DNA of 35,264 nucleotides. Origin: a virus (lineage: Duplodnaviria > Caudoviricetes). The translations under genes were made by a program, and so were the position numbers. The notes below the pieces were generated by a model. It was not told the origin of the DNA, searched no databases, and worked only from the letters and a program-made list of their open reading frames with translations. Position 1 is the stretch's first letter. Each line of letters begins with the position of its first letter. The DNA lies in the IMG/VR virus record IMGVR_UViG_3300028025_000966, positions 1-35,264 of that record. One strand, given 5' to 3'. This document shows, piece by piece, positions 24,128 to 33,835 of the stretch.

Positions 24128-25096
24128 ATGACTACCGACACCAACCCTAACGGGAGTGACACAAAGAGCAATGGCACTATTAATGAAGCACAAAACGCAT
24201 TCTTAGGTTTAATGGATGCATCGGAAGCACCCGAAGAAGGGCAAGCGGAAGAGCAACCAGAACAAGAGAATGAAGAAGGTGGTAACGAGCAAGAAGTTGA
24301 GCAAGCAGATGATAGCTCAGAGGAGTCTAACTCAGACCAAGACGAACAACGGTTTCAAGTTAAAGTCGGTGGCGAAGAGAAAGAACTAACCTTAACTGAA
24401 CTAAAGTCACTAGCCCAACAAGGTGCAGACTATACCAAAAAGACGCAACAAGTAGCAGAGCAACGCAAAGCAGTAGAGGCTGAACAACAAGCTATTGAAG
24501 AAGCCAAATATATGCGTGATGCTTATGCAGAACGGTTGCAAGCAATGGAGCAGTTACTGAATGCTCAACAACCAGTAGAGGATTTAGAGTCTTTAAAAGA
24601 ATCTGACCCTATCGGTTACGCTGTACGAGTGGCAGAGATGTCGCAGAATAAAGAGAAGTTATATGCAATACAAGCTGAAAGACAACGCATTGCCGAACAG
24701 CAACAAGCGGAGCAACAGCAAGGAATGCAACAATACTTGTCCGAACAGGCTGCTAAATTGTCTGAAACACTACCGGAATACAGCGACCCAGTAAAAGGTG
24801 AGGCACTAAGGTCAGATTTGCGTAAGTTTGCAAAGAACTTAGGATTCTCAGACCAAGAGCTATCAGCAGTAAGAGATGCTCGGCACGTTATGGCATTGTA
24901 CAAAGCAATGCAGTACGACAAATTACAACAGTCTAAGCCTCAACTAAACAAGAGGGTTAGTGAACCGCCTAAGACGATTAAGTCTGGTAACAGTAATACA
25001 TCTGTAAATACTGACCAAGCTAAAAAGACTATGGCTCAATTACAAAAATCAGGCAAGGTGCGTGACGCTGCATCTGTCTTTGAAAACTTTATTTAA
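24128..25096 (+). CDS. Capsid scaffolding protein
   Basis: Acidic N-terminus, VKVGGEE..ADYTKKTQ, coiled coil, C-terminal KSGKVRDAA; GGAG RBS before ATG 24128. Confidence 0.88.
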   Translation: MTTDTNPNGSDTKSNGTINEAQNAFLGLMDASEAPEEGQAEEQPEQENEEGGNEQEVEQADDSSEESNSDQDEQRFQVKVGGEEKELTLTELKSLAQQGADYTKKTQQVAEQRKAVEAEQQAIEEAKYMRDAYAERLQAMEQLLNAQQPVEDLESLKESDPIGYAVRVAEMSQNKEKLYAIQAERQRIAEQQQAEQQQGMQQYLSEQAAKLSETLPEYSDPVKGEALRSDLRKFAKNLGFSDQELSAVRDARHVMALYKAMQYDKLQQSKPQLNKRVSEPPKTIKSGNSNTSVNTDQAKKTMAQLQKSGKVRDAASVFENFI

Positions 25097-25105
25097 GGAA
25101 TTATC

Positions 25106-26050
25106 ATGGCAACATATCAAACCTATACCAGCATCGGTCAACGTGAAGACTTGGCTGATGTTATTTACAACATCTCACCTACAGATACACCATTTATGAC
25201 ATCTGTTGGTAAAACTGCAGCTACTGCTGTATACCACGAATGGCAAACTGACAGCTTATCTGCTGTTAACGTATCAAACGCTGTAGTTGAGGGTGCAACT
25301 GCATCTGACGCAACACTATCTCCAACTACTCGTGTTGGTAACCGTACACAAATTTCACAAAAAACCATCAAAATTTCTGGTACTTTGGAAACTGTAAACA
25401 AAGCTGGTCGTAAATCAGAAAAAGCATACCAATTGGCTAAGGCTTCTGCTGAAATCAAACGTGACATGGAAGCTATCCTATTAAGCAACCAAGTTGCTTC
25501 TGCTGGTGACTCTTCTACTGCTCGTGTTTTGGGTGGCTTACAAACATGGTTGAACTCAAACTACTCTGGTGGTACTTCTGGTACTGCTGGTTCTTTGGGT
25601 ACTACTGCTCGTGTAACTGGTACAGACCGTGCTTTCACAGCAGCAATCTTAAACGGTGTAATTCAATCTACATACGTTAACGGTGGTTCACCAACAATCT
25701 TGATGGTAACTCCAGCTCAAAAAGTAGTTGCATCTACATTTGCAGGTATCGCTACTCGCTTTAAAGATGTACCGGGTAACGTTCAAGCATCTATCATCGG
25801 TGCAGCAGACGTTTATGTGAGTGATTTTGGTACTATCTCTATCGTGCCTAACCGCTTCATTCCTAACTCAGACAATGATGACGTAGCATTCTTATTAGAC
25901 CCTGAAATGGCTGCTGTATCTTACTTGCGCCCATTCCAAACTAATGAGCTTGCAAAAACTGGCGATGCTGATTTAACTCAGTTGCTAGTTGAGTACACAT
26001 TAGAAGTTAAGAACCAAGCAGCACACGGTATCATCGCTGACTTAACCTAG
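25106..26050 (+). CDS. Major capsid protein (DUF5309/SU10-like)
   Basis: GQREDLADVIYNISPTDTPF, HEWQTDSL, NRTQI, KRDME, YVSDFG, LAKTGD. Confidence 0.95.
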   Translation: MATYQTYTSIGQREDLADVIYNISPTDTPFMTSVGKTAATAVYHEWQTDSLSAVNVSNAVVEGATASDATLSPTTRVGNRTQISQKTIKISGTLETVNKAGRKSEKAYQLAKASAEIKRDMEAILLSNQVASAGDSSTARVLGGLQTWLNSNYSGGTSGTAGSLGTTARVTGTDRAFTAAILNGVIQSTYVNGGSPTILMVTPAQKVVASTFAGIATRFKDVPGNVQASIIGAADVYVSDFGTISIVPNRFIPNSDNDDVAFLLDPEMAAVSYLRPFQTNELAKTGDADLTQLLVEYTLEVKNQAAHGIIADLT

Positions 26051-26067
26051 TAGTTAGTTAGATATGT

Positions 26068-26087
26068 GGGGAGGGGAAACTCTCCCC
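26068..26087 (+). terminator. GAAA-tetraloop hairpin after capsid gene (mRNA stabiliser or weak terminator)
   Basis: GGGGAGGG-GAAA-CTCTCCCC, no clear U tract. Confidence 0.55.
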
Positions 26088-26101
26088 CATTACGAGGTCT
26101 T

Positions 26102-26419
26102 ATGAGTAATACAATATCCAACGGCATTACCAATACATCGTTTATTGATAACGGTGACCAATTAGTTATAGCTAAGAGCCAAGACATAACTGGCATACTT
26201 GAGATGAACAAGCGTGAGTACGCTGCTCAAGACGAACGTAAGACATGGGGCAATGATGCATTGAGTAACAAGGTAGCATCTATACCGCTTACAGTTTTCT
26301 CCGAATTAGAAAAGCAAGGCATCACACGAGGCTTTGCCGTAATAGATAAGAAACGATTTAACGAATGGTTAAACAATCCTGATAATAGGGCATTCAGAAC
26401 AAGGGCAGGGCGCATATAA
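26102..26419 (+). CDS. Conserved post-capsid protein
   Basis: SQDITGILE, VASIP, WLNNPDNRAFRT; GAGGT RBS before ATG 26102. Confidence 0.75.
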   Translation: MSNTISNGITNTSFIDNGDQLVIAKSQDITGILEMNKREYAAQDERKTWGNDALSNKVASIPLTVFSELEKQGITRGFAVIDKKRFNEWLNNPDNRAFRTRAGRI

Positions 26420-27039
26420 TGGCATTGACAAATTACTCTGATTTACAGACTACGATTGCCAGCTACCTCGCTCGTAGTGACTTAACGGCAATGATTCCTG
26501 ACTTCATTAGGCTTGCTGAAACACGTTTACGCAGAGAACTCCGTATTCGTCAAATGCTCAAGGTAGTAACAACGACAGCAGTAGCAGGTGACTCTACAGT
26601 AGAGCTACCATCAGACTTCTTGCAGATGCGTGACCTACACGTAGCAACAAACCCAGCAGCCACATTAGAGTACCAATCACCTAGCAACCTATTCCGTAAT
26701 TCTCGTACTACTCAATCTGGTCTACCGCATCAATACACAGTATTAGCGCAAGAGTTCCAGTTGTCACCAGTACCTGATAGCGACTATACGCTAAGTATGT
26801 TGTACTACGCTGCACCAGTATTTTTAAGCAACTCAACACCATCTAACGCATTTATGGCTAATTGTCCTGACTTGTTACTTTATGGTGCATTAGGTGAGGC
26901 AGAACCATACATTATGAATGATTCACGTCTACAGACATGGGCAACGCTTTATGACCGTGGTTTAACTGCTTTAACCGTATCAGATGACCAAGGTGAGTAC
27001 GCTGGGTCACCAATTTCAATCTCAATAGCAACACGATAA
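26419..27039 (+). CDS. Head-tail adaptor / tail tubular protein A
   Basis: MALTNYSDLQTTIASYLARSDL..IPDFIRLAETRLRRELR, PDLLLYGAL. Confidence 0.85.
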   Translation: MALTNYSDLQTTIASYLARSDLTAMIPDFIRLAETRLRRELRIRQMLKVVTTTAVAGDSTVELPSDFLQMRDLHVATNPAATLEYQSPSNLFRNSRTTQSGLPHQYTVLAQEFQLSPVPDSDYTLSMLYYAAPVFLSNSTPSNAFMANCPDLLLYGALGEAEPYIMNDSRLQTWATLYDRGLTALTVSDDQGEYAGSPISISIATR

Positions 27040-27049
27040 AGGAACTAAT

Positions 27050-27436
27050 ATGTCAGAAATGTCCAACTACCTAGAAAATGCTCTAATTAATGTAACGCTA
27101 CGGGCTACAGCATACACAGCACCAACAACAATTTACGTGGCACTTTACACAAGTGACCCTACAGACGCTAACACAGGTACAGAAGTATCTGGTGGCTCTT
27201 ACGCACGTACGTCCGTAACATTCGCTGCACCATCAAACGGTGCTAGTCTATCTAATGCTGACTGCACATTCCCACAGGCTACAGGCTCTTGGGGTTCAGT
27301 AGGATGGATTGGCTTAATGGATGCATCAACATCCGGCAACCTTTTGTACCATACTCCATTAGACTCAGCCAAAACAATTGATACTGGCGATATATTTAAG
27401 ATAGCTTCTGGTAGCCTTTCAGTAACATTATCTTAG
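27050..27436 (+). CDS. Virion/tail structural protein
   Basis: MSNYLENAL, YVALYTSDP, EVSGGSYAR, FPQATGSWG. Confidence 0.8.
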   Translation: MSEMSNYLENALINVTLRATAYTAPTTIYVALYTSDPTDANTGTEVSGGSYARTSVTFAAPSNGASLSNADCTFPQATGSWGSVGWIGLMDASTSGNLLYHTPLDSAKTIDTGDIFKIASGSLSVTLS

Positions 27437-27444
27437 GATAAAAC

Positions 27445-27930
27445 ATGGCTCTTATAGTCAAAGATAGGGTACAGGAGTCATCTACCACCACCGGTACTGG
27501 TACATTTACGCTTGATGGCGCAACGTCTGGCTTTCAATCATTCTCGTCTGCAATAGGTAACGGAAATACAACTTACTACGCTATTGTAGGCGGTTCTGAG
27601 TGGGAGGTAGGACTAGGAACTGTTGCTGCAGGTACATTGGCTAGGACTACAGTTATTGCATCGTCTACAGGCTCTGCTGTATCGTTTAGCGCAGGTACTA
27701 AAAATGTATTCTGTACTTATCCTGCTGACCGTGCTGTAGTTGAAGACGAAACATTTACAGCTTCCGCTCCACAGATTGCTGCATCAAATGGTCTAGTGCT
27801 AAACAACATGACAATCAGCGCAAACTACACAATACCTACAGGATACTCTGCTAGTTCTGTTGGCGCAGTAACTATTAATGGCGGTGTAACAGTAACCGTG
27901 CCTAGTGGTTCAAGATGGGTTGTCCTTTAA
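27445..27930 (+). CDS. Tail fibre proximal/anchor protein
   Basis: MALIVKDRVQESSTTTGTGTFTL, WEVGLG, C-terminal VTVPSGSRWVVL. Confidence 0.8.
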   Translation: MALIVKDRVQESSTTTGTGTFTLDGATSGFQSFSSAIGNGNTTYYAIVGGSEWEVGLGTVAAGTLARTTVIASSTGSAVSFSAGTKNVFCTYPADRAVVEDETFTASAPQIAASNGLVLNNMTISANYTIPTGYSASSVGAVTINGGVTVTVPSGSRWVVL

Positions 27931-27940
27931 GGAATAAATA

Positions 27941-28420
27941 ATGGCTTCAATAATTAATGCCTCAACAAGTGGAGTGGGTGGTGTAATTACCACGGCAGAT
28001 AATAGTGGCGATTTAAACATACAAAGCGGTGGAGCTACTAAGATAGCGGTTACATCAACAGGAGCTGCTGTAACAGGTACATTGAGTGCTAGTGGTGGAT
28101 TTACAGGAAACGCAGCAACTGCATCAAATGTATTAGGTAATGGTCAAACTTGGCAAGATGTTACAGCTAGTAGAGCTTTATCAACCACATATACAAACTC
28201 AACAGGTCGCTCAATAGAAGTTTTTATAACAATTCGTGGTACAGCAAATAGTGCTATTTATTCATGCACAGTTTCTATAAATGGAACTGTTTATGGTCGT
28301 GTAGGCGGATTTGGAAATACTGTGTATGCTGGCGGGACTTATATTATACCTGCTGGCGCTACTTATGCTTTTGCTCCGTCAGGAAGTCTTGCCTTAGACC
28401 AATGGTCAGAATTACGCTAA
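27941..28420 (+). CDS. Short tail fibre module
   Basis: GQTWQDVTASRALSTTYTNSTGRSI...WSELR fibre tip. Confidence 0.8.
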   Translation: MASIINASTSGVGGVITTADNSGDLNIQSGGATKIAVTSTGAAVTGTLSASGGFTGNAATASNVLGNGQTWQDVTASRALSTTYTNSTGRSIEVFITIRGTANSAIYSCTVSINGTVYGRVGGFGNTVYAGGTYIIPAGATYAFAPSGSLALDQWSELR

Positions 28421-28441
28421 AAGGTTAAATAAGGAAATAAT

Positions 28442-28489
28442 ATGGCTATCGTATTAGAAGAATTAAAAGCATTAGGAGTAGAACAATGA
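28442..28489 (+). pseudogene. Fused remnant of a deleted fibre plus chaperone cassette (MAIVLEELKALGVEQ)
   Basis: AAGGA RBS; 5' half resembles the start of 29570 (MPIVL); 28455-28474 is identical to 29536-29555 (end of chaperone gene). Confidence 0.7.
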
Positions 28490-29145
28490 GTGCCATAGTC
28501 GTAGCTGGGAATACAAGCGGTTCAGTAACATTAGATGCTCCAGCAGTATCAGGGACAACAGTCATTACTTTGCCAGCAACAAGTGGGACTATGGTTGCTA
28601 CAGATGCTAGTGGGAATGTTGGGATTGGTACTACTAGTCCTGCTTACAAGTTAGATGTAAGTGGTACTGTCAATGTTGTAAATGGTTCTAATGGTCGCAT
28701 TAATTTAGGTGCTACTACAAATTATTTGTATGGCGATTCAGCAGGTAATGTAATTATTGGTAACAATGGTGGAGATAGACTTCAAGTTGATGCTAGTGGC
28801 AACTTAAAATTTAACTCAGGTTACGGTTCAGTTGCAACAGCTTTCGGATGTCGTTCTTGGGTAAACTTTAATGGTACAGGCACAGTAGCTATTCGTGCTA
28901 GTGGTAACGTATCTAGTATTACAGATAATGGAGTTGGTATTTTTACTGTAAACTTTACAACTGCTTTACCTGCTGCTGATTATTCAGTTAATTATACTGC
29001 TGGTAGTGGCACAGGCACAGCTAACTTTATTCATACAGAAGCACCTTGTGCAACATACTCAACATCAGCAGTTCAAGTTAAAACATGGAATTTTAATGGT
29101 ACGGCAGTAGACTATGCACATAATAATGTTCAGATAATGAGGTAA
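28486..29145 (+). CDS. Tail fibre module
   Basis: GNVGIGTTSP repeat, CRSWVNFNGTG..IRASGNVSSITDNGVG. Confidence 0.85.
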   Translation: MSAIVVAGNTSGSVTLDAPAVSGTTVITLPATSGTMVATDASGNVGIGTTSPAYKLDVSGTVNVVNGSNGRINLGATTNYLYGDSAGNVIIGNNGGDRLQVDASGNLKFNSGYGSVATAFGCRSWVNFNGTGTVAIRASGNVSSITDNGVGIFTVNFTTALPAADYSVNYTAGSGTGTANFIHTEAPCATYSTSAVQVKTWNFNGTAVDYAHNNVQIMR

Positions 29146-29154
29146 GGATAAATA

Positions 29155-29346
29155 ATGCAACGAATTATATACAAAACATTAGAAGGTGGGGTGGCAATCA
29201 TAATACCTACTCAAGAATACTTATCTGAACACACTATTGAAGAATTAGCAGCAAAAGATGTACCTGTTGGTGCAGAGTTTCAAATTGTAGATATATCCGA
29301 TATTCCAGAAGATAGAACATTCCGTGACGCTTGGGAGTATGCATGA
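29155..29346 (+). CDS. Tail fibre accessory/chaperone
   Basis: GGVAIIIP..AAKDVP..IPEDRTFRDAWE. Confidence 0.75.
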   Translation: MQRIIYKTLEGGVAIIIPTQEYLSEHTIEELAAKDVPVGAEFQIVDISDIPEDRTFRDAWEYA

Positions 29347-29570
29347 TAGTTATTAATATAGACAAAGCTAAAGAGATTACTAAAGAACGATTGCGCTCAG
29401 AGCGTGAGCCTTTGTTACAAGCTCAAGATGTAGCCTTTCAACGTGCATTAGAAAGTGGCGCGGATACAACAGCAATTGTTGCAGAAAAACAACGCTTGCG
29501 TGATATTACTAAATTGGCAGATGAAGCTATTACGATAGAAGAATTAAAAGCATTACAAGGAGCAGCATAA
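29343..29570 (+). CDS. Tail fibre assembly chaperone
   Basis: RLRSEREPLL..D..KQRLRDIT..EELKAL. Confidence 0.75.
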   Translation: MIVINIDKAKEITKERLRSEREPLLQAQDVAFQRALESGADTTAIVAEKQRLRDITKLADEAITIEELKALQGAA

Positions 29571-30523
29571 TGCCTATAGTTTTAGATGGGACAACAGGTA
29601 TTGTAGGTAACGCATCAACAGGAGCATTAACATTACCTTCTGGCACTACAGCACAACGACCAACAGGTTCAACTGGTATGGTTAGGTATAACTCTACTTT
29701 AGGTAATATGGAATATTATAACGGCACATCTTGGTTTGTTGTTACAAGCACAAACACAGCGCCTCCTTCTGCTGTTGATTACATTGTTGTATCAGGTGGT
29801 GGCGGTGGTGGCTCAGGGGTTGCAGGGGCTAACAATGGTGGTGGTGGTGGAGCAGGTGGTGTTTTAACTGCAACTAACTATTCTGTTACTAGCGGCACAC
29901 CTCTTACAGTAACGGTTGGCGCAGGTGGAGCAGGTAACGCTAATGGGTCAGCATCAACATTCTCAGGCATATCATCTGTTGGTGGCGGTAAAGGTGGTTC
30001 AGCAAGCAATGGTGGTAATGGTGGTTCAGGTGGTGGTTCTGCTGGTATAGGTGCATATACATTTGGTACAGGTACTAGCGGTCAAGGTGCTAATGGTGGT
30101 ACAAAAGGCGGCTCTAATTGTGGCGGTGGCGGTGGTGGTGCAGCTCCACAGGCAGGTAACACAACTGGTCAAGGTAATGGCGGTAACGGTCTTGTAGTAT
30201 TTACTGGTGCTACTTATGGTGGTGGCGGTGGTGCAGGCGCTGACGCTGCTGCAGGTGTTGGCGGCACAGGTGGTGGTGGTAACGGTACTTTATACTATCA
30301 ACCAGCCCCTACTGCTGGTACTGCAAATACAGGTGGCGGTGGTGGTGGTGGTGCTTCACAAGGAGCATCAATTCCCGGAGCTGCTGGTGGTTCAGGTATT
30401 GTTATTGTTCGTTATGCTGATACATTTGCTGCAGCTACATCTACAACAGGCTCACCCACAATAACAGTTGCTGGCGGCTATCGCACCTATACATGGACAG
30501 GTAGCGGTTCAATTACATTCTAA
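29570..30523 (+). CDS. Glycine-rich tail fibre/spike protein
   Basis: LPSGTTAQRP, RYNSTLG..EYYNGTSW, VVSGGGGGG, ANTGGGGGG, GGSGIVIVRY. Confidence 0.85.
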   Translation: MPIVLDGTTGIVGNASTGALTLPSGTTAQRPTGSTGMVRYNSTLGNMEYYNGTSWFVVTSTNTAPPSAVDYIVVSGGGGGGSGVAGANNGGGGGAGGVLTATNYSVTSGTPLTVTVGAGGAGNANGSASTFSGISSVGGGKGGSASNGGNGGSGGGSAGIGAYTFGTGTSGQGANGGTKGGSNCGGGGGGAAPQAGNTTGQGNGGNGLVVFTGATYGGGGGAGADAAAGVGGTGGGGNGTLYYQPAPTAGTANTGGGGGGGASQGASIPGAAGGSGIVIVRYADTFAAATSTTGSPTITVAGGYRTYTWTGSGSITF

Positions 30524-30531
30524 GGATTTAC

Positions 30532-30894
30532 ATGGCTTATTTTGCTAAACTAGATGAAAATGATGTTGTTGTAGATGTACACGCATTAAACAATATTGAG
30601 ATGCTAACTACCGAAGGTGTAGAGTCAGAAGACATGGGCAAGGCTTTCTTTATTCGCTGGTCAGGTGGCTACTCTAAGTGGGTTCAGACATCATTTAACG
30701 GCACTATTCGTAAGAATTTTGCAGGAATTGGTTATACATACGACAGAGTACGTGATGCATTTATTGCTCCTAAACCTTATGAAAGTTGGGTGCTAGATGA
30801 AGATACTTGCCAATGGGTAGCTCCAGTAGCTATGCCTATTGAAGGTAAATATATTTGGAATGAAAATTCTTTATCTTGGGTATCTGCTGAATAA
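30532..30894 (+). CDS. Conserved partner of the Gly-rich fibre
   Basis: MAYFAKLDEN, WVQTSFN..RKNFAGIGYTYD..DAFIAPKPY.SW. Confidence 0.8.
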   Translation: MAYFAKLDENDVVVDVHALNNIEMLTTEGVESEDMGKAFFIRWSGGYSKWVQTSFNGTIRKNFAGIGYTYDRVRDAFIAPKPYESWVLDEDTCQWVAPVAMPIEGKYIWNENSLSWVSAE

Positions 30895-31667
30895 TGTTTG
30901 GCATAGCAGCATTTTCGCAAGTACCATACAGCTCACTAGCTAGTCAGATACTATTAGCGTCTGCTAGTATTGATGGTAACGCATTAGTTACTGCAAATGC
31001 TTATGCAATTCGTACAAATCAAGCTACTATTACAGCAAATGCTGTTGTTGAAGCAAATGCATACGCAATTAAGTCAGCAAACGCACAAATTTTTGGTAAT
31101 GCGCTTGTTTTAGCAGATGGGACAAGGGTAAGAGTAGGGTCTGGCAGTATAAATGGCTTGGCGAGTGTTTCTGCAAGTTCTAGTGTAATTTACAGCGCAA
31201 ATGCTATAATAACAGGCAATGCTACAGTACAAGCTACGGCATATAGAGTTAGAACTGCTGCTGGTAGCATAAACGGTACTGCTACTGTAACAAGTAGTGC
31301 AAATAGAATTAGGAACGCATCAGGCTCGGTAGTCGGGCTTGCTACAGTAACGGCTCTTGGTGGTGTTCAGTATAGCGCAGATGCACATATTAATGGCTTT
31401 GCAATAGTAACTGCTAATGGCAATGCGATTTGGTACGGTAAAGGTGCAGTTTCAGGTCTTGCAACAGTAATTGCCAATGGTACAAAACTAGGTGACAACT
31501 GGACACCAGTACCTGAATCAGAAAATACTTGGACAGATACATCAGTAGGCTCAAATACATGGACTCCTGTATCAGTAACAAGCAACACATGGACAGACGT
31601 AAATGTAACTACAAATACTTGGACAGATACACCAGTAAATAATAATACTTGGCTTTTAAAGGGATAG
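30894..31667 (+). CDS. Repetitive Ala-rich virion protein
   Basis: MFGIAAFSQVPYSSL, about 21-aa repeats, C-terminal NTWT repeats. Confidence 0.75.
   Translation: MFGIAAFSQVPYSSLASQILLASASIDGNALVTANAYAIRTNQATITANAVVEANAYAIKSANAQIFGNALVLADGTRVRVGSGSINGLASVSASSSVIYSANAIITGNATVQATAYRVRTAAGSINGTATVTSSANRIRNASGSVVGLATVTALGGVQYSADAHINGFAIVTANGNAIWYGKGAVSGLATVIANGTKLGDNWTPVPESENTWTDTSVGSNTWTPVSVTSNTWTDVNVTTNTWTDTPVNNNTWLLKG
31497..31652 (+). repeat. 30-bp coding tandem repeat (NTWTxxxVxx)
   Basis: NWTPVPESE/NTWTDTSVGS/NTWTPVSVTS/NTWTDVNVTT/NTWTDTPVNN/NTW. Confidence 0.8.
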
Positions 31668-31670
31668 ATT

Positions 31671-32405
31671 ATGGCAAAAAATAAGATAAGTGAGTGGAGT
31701 GCTACGGCAGCAAACAACACCGACATTGGTGGTATAGATATTGCTGAAGGTTGTGCGCCATCTGGAATTAATAATGCTATCCGTGAATTGATGGCTCAAG
31801 TTAAAGACCAACAAACTGGTACTGACGCAGATAACTTTACAGTAGGTGGTAACTTAACTGTTACTGGCACTACTACATTAACTGGAGTTCCTACTGCACC
31901 AACTGCATCTAGTGGAACTAATACTACTCAACTAGCAACAACAGCATTTGTTCAAGCTGCATTGGCTTTAATGTACCCAATTGGTTCTGTATATACGTCT
32001 ACTGTTTCTACCAATCCAAATACATTATTTGGTTTTGGTACATGGGTAGCATATGGTGAAGGTAAAGTATTAATCGGTGTTGGTACTGGATTTGCTGCTG
32101 GTGCTACAGGTGGTAGTGCAGACGCAATAGTAGTAAGCCACACCCATACTGCGACAGTAACAGATGCAGGACACTTTCATGATATTGGTAACGATATTTT
32201 TCAAGGGTCTATTTATGGTACTGTTAGTTCTGGAACAGCTAGGAATTTAGCTGGTTATGGTAATCCACCAAATTCAACTAATAGTGGCAAAACAAATACT
32301 ACAACAACAGGTGTTACAGTAGCGAATAGTACAACTGGAGCAAGTGGCACAAATGCAAACTTACAACCATACGTTGTAGTTTATATGTGGAATCGTACAG
32401 CATAA
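31671..32405 (+). CDS. Tail fibre/collar protein with T4 gp10-like C-terminal motif
   Basis: EGCAPSGINNAIRELMA, PTAPTA..TTQLATTAFV, YPIGSVY..NP..FGFGTW, NLQPYVVVYMWNRTA. Confidence 0.8.
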   Translation: MAKNKISEWSATAANNTDIGGIDIAEGCAPSGINNAIRELMAQVKDQQTGTDADNFTVGGNLTVTGTTTLTGVPTAPTASSGTNTTQLATTAFVQAALALMYPIGSVYTSTVSTNPNTLFGFGTWVAYGEGKVLIGVGTGFAAGATGGSADAIVVSHTHTATVTDAGHFHDIGNDIFQGSIYGTVSSGTARNLAGYGNPPNSTNSGKTNTTTTGVTVANSTTGASGTNANLQPYVVVYMWNRTA

Positions 32406-33835
32406 TGGCTACACAACGCATAGCATTTACAGAATGGACACCAGACTTAGCCGGTGTTGCTGAAAACTTGTCTGTTGCACAAAACGTAGTGCCAACAGTA
32501 TTAGGTTATAACCCATTTCCATTAGCCGTAGACTATTCTGCTGCTGCAAGTGAAGACCTTAACAATACTTTTGCTGCTCGTTTTAGTGCTACAACAAGCA
32601 TATTTGCCGGTGGTGCTACCAAACTATTTAAATTAGACGGTGCTGATTTAAGTTTAGATAACGTATCTAAAACTGGCAACTATAGCAGCATAGTAAAATG
32701 GAACTTTACACAGTTTGGCAATACTATTATTGCAGCTAATAACGTCAACAAACTACAAAGCTACACATTAGGCTCAAGCTCAACATTTGATGATTTAAGT
32801 GCAGATGCGCCTGTAGCTAAGTACGTTACAGTAGTGCGTGATTTTGTTGTAGCTGCTAACTTAGATGCTGGTAGTAACTCAAATAAAGTTCAATGGTCTG
32901 ACATTAATGACGAGTTTGACTGGGTATCTGGTGGAGCATCACAATCCGATTACCAAGTAATTGCCGATGGTGGCAACATTACAGGCATGACTGGTGGTGA
33001 GGTTGGTCTTATATTCCTAGACCGTGCTATCGTGCGTATGTCTTACATCGGTTCACCTTTATTCTTCCAATTTGACACGATTAGTCGTGGTGTTGGCTGT
33101 GTTGAAGGTAACTCTGTTGTGCAGTACGGTGGCATGAGCTACTTCTTAGGTGCTGATGGCTTCTATTCATGTGATGGCTCTACAGTAACGGCAATTGGTA
33201 CGCAAAAGGTAGATTCATGGTTTTATGCTAATGCCAACCCGTCTAAACTTAACCTAATGTCATCAACCATTGACCCGATTCGTAAGATTGTAGTCTGGAA
33301 GTTCATAGACAACTTTGCACAAAATACTTTGCTAATCTACAACTGGCAAGTACAGAAGTGGTCATCTTGCGTTACAGACGTGGATGTCGTGGCTAGTTCT
33401 GCATCAGCAGGTATGACGTTAGAAGGTTTAGATTTATATGGTAACATGGACACATTGACTACATCGCTAGATGATGCATTGTGGGCTGGTGGTAAGTTCT
33501 TATTTGCCGGTGCAAGAGATACAAAAATTGTTACCTTTACTGGTGCTAACTCAACGGCTACTTTAACAACTGGTGACATAGGAAGCGAAGTAACTTCTGT
33601 GGTTACATTGGCACGACCAATCGTAGATAATGGCTCTGGGAGCATTGCTGTAGCTTCTAGGATGCTTCTGAATGAAGTTCCACAACTAGGTTCATACATT
33701 CCAGCAAGTAGCGAGAACCGTGTAGCATTACGCAGTAGCGGTAAGTACCATCGTCTGTCAGTAATTCCTACTGGTGACCGTTGGTCTAATGCCATTGGTA
33801 TTGATATTGATGTGACTCCACAAGGTACTAGATAA
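32405..33835 (+). CDS. Tail tubular B / head-stabilisation protein (P22 gp10-like)
   Basis: About 476 aa beta-rich; FTEWTPD, WNFTQFG, VQWSDIND, FQFDTISRGVGC. Confidence 0.8.
   Translation: MATQRIAFTEWTPDLAGVAENLSVAQNVVPTVLGYNPFPLAVDYSAAASEDLNNTFAARFSATTSIFAGGATKLFKLDGADLSLDNVSKTGNYSSIVKWNFTQFGNTIIAANNVNKLQSYTLGSSSTFDDLSADAPVAKYVTVVRDFVVAANLDAGSNSNKVQWSDINDEFDWVSGGASQSDYQVIADGGNITGMTGGEVGLIFLDRAIVRMSYIGSPLFFQFDTISRGVGCVEGNSVVQYGGMSYFLGADGFYSCDGSTVTAIGTQKVDSWFYANANPSKLNLMSSTIDPIRKIVVWKFIDNFAQNTLLIYNWQVQKWSSCVTDVDVVASSASAGMTLEGLDLYGNMDTLTTSLDDALWAGGKFLFAGARDTKIVTFTGANSTATLTTGDIGSEVTSVVTLARPIVDNGSGSIAVASRMLLNEVPQLGSYIPASSENRVALRSSGKYHRLSVIPTGDRWSNAIGIDIDVTPQGTR

Noticed and set aside
29790-30400. 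GGT microsatellite or contingency locus
   Set aside because: Simply encodes the poly-Gly runs of a common Gly-rich fibre protein; frame is intact.
31497-31652. CRISPR-like or non-coding repeat array
   Set aside because: Degenerate in-frame 30-bp coding repeats with no constant repeat and unique spacer structure.
27445-32405. Diversity-generating retroelement or invertase-driven fibre switching
   Set aside because: No reverse transcriptase, no template/variable repeat pair with A-specific mismatches, and no site-specific recombinase seen.
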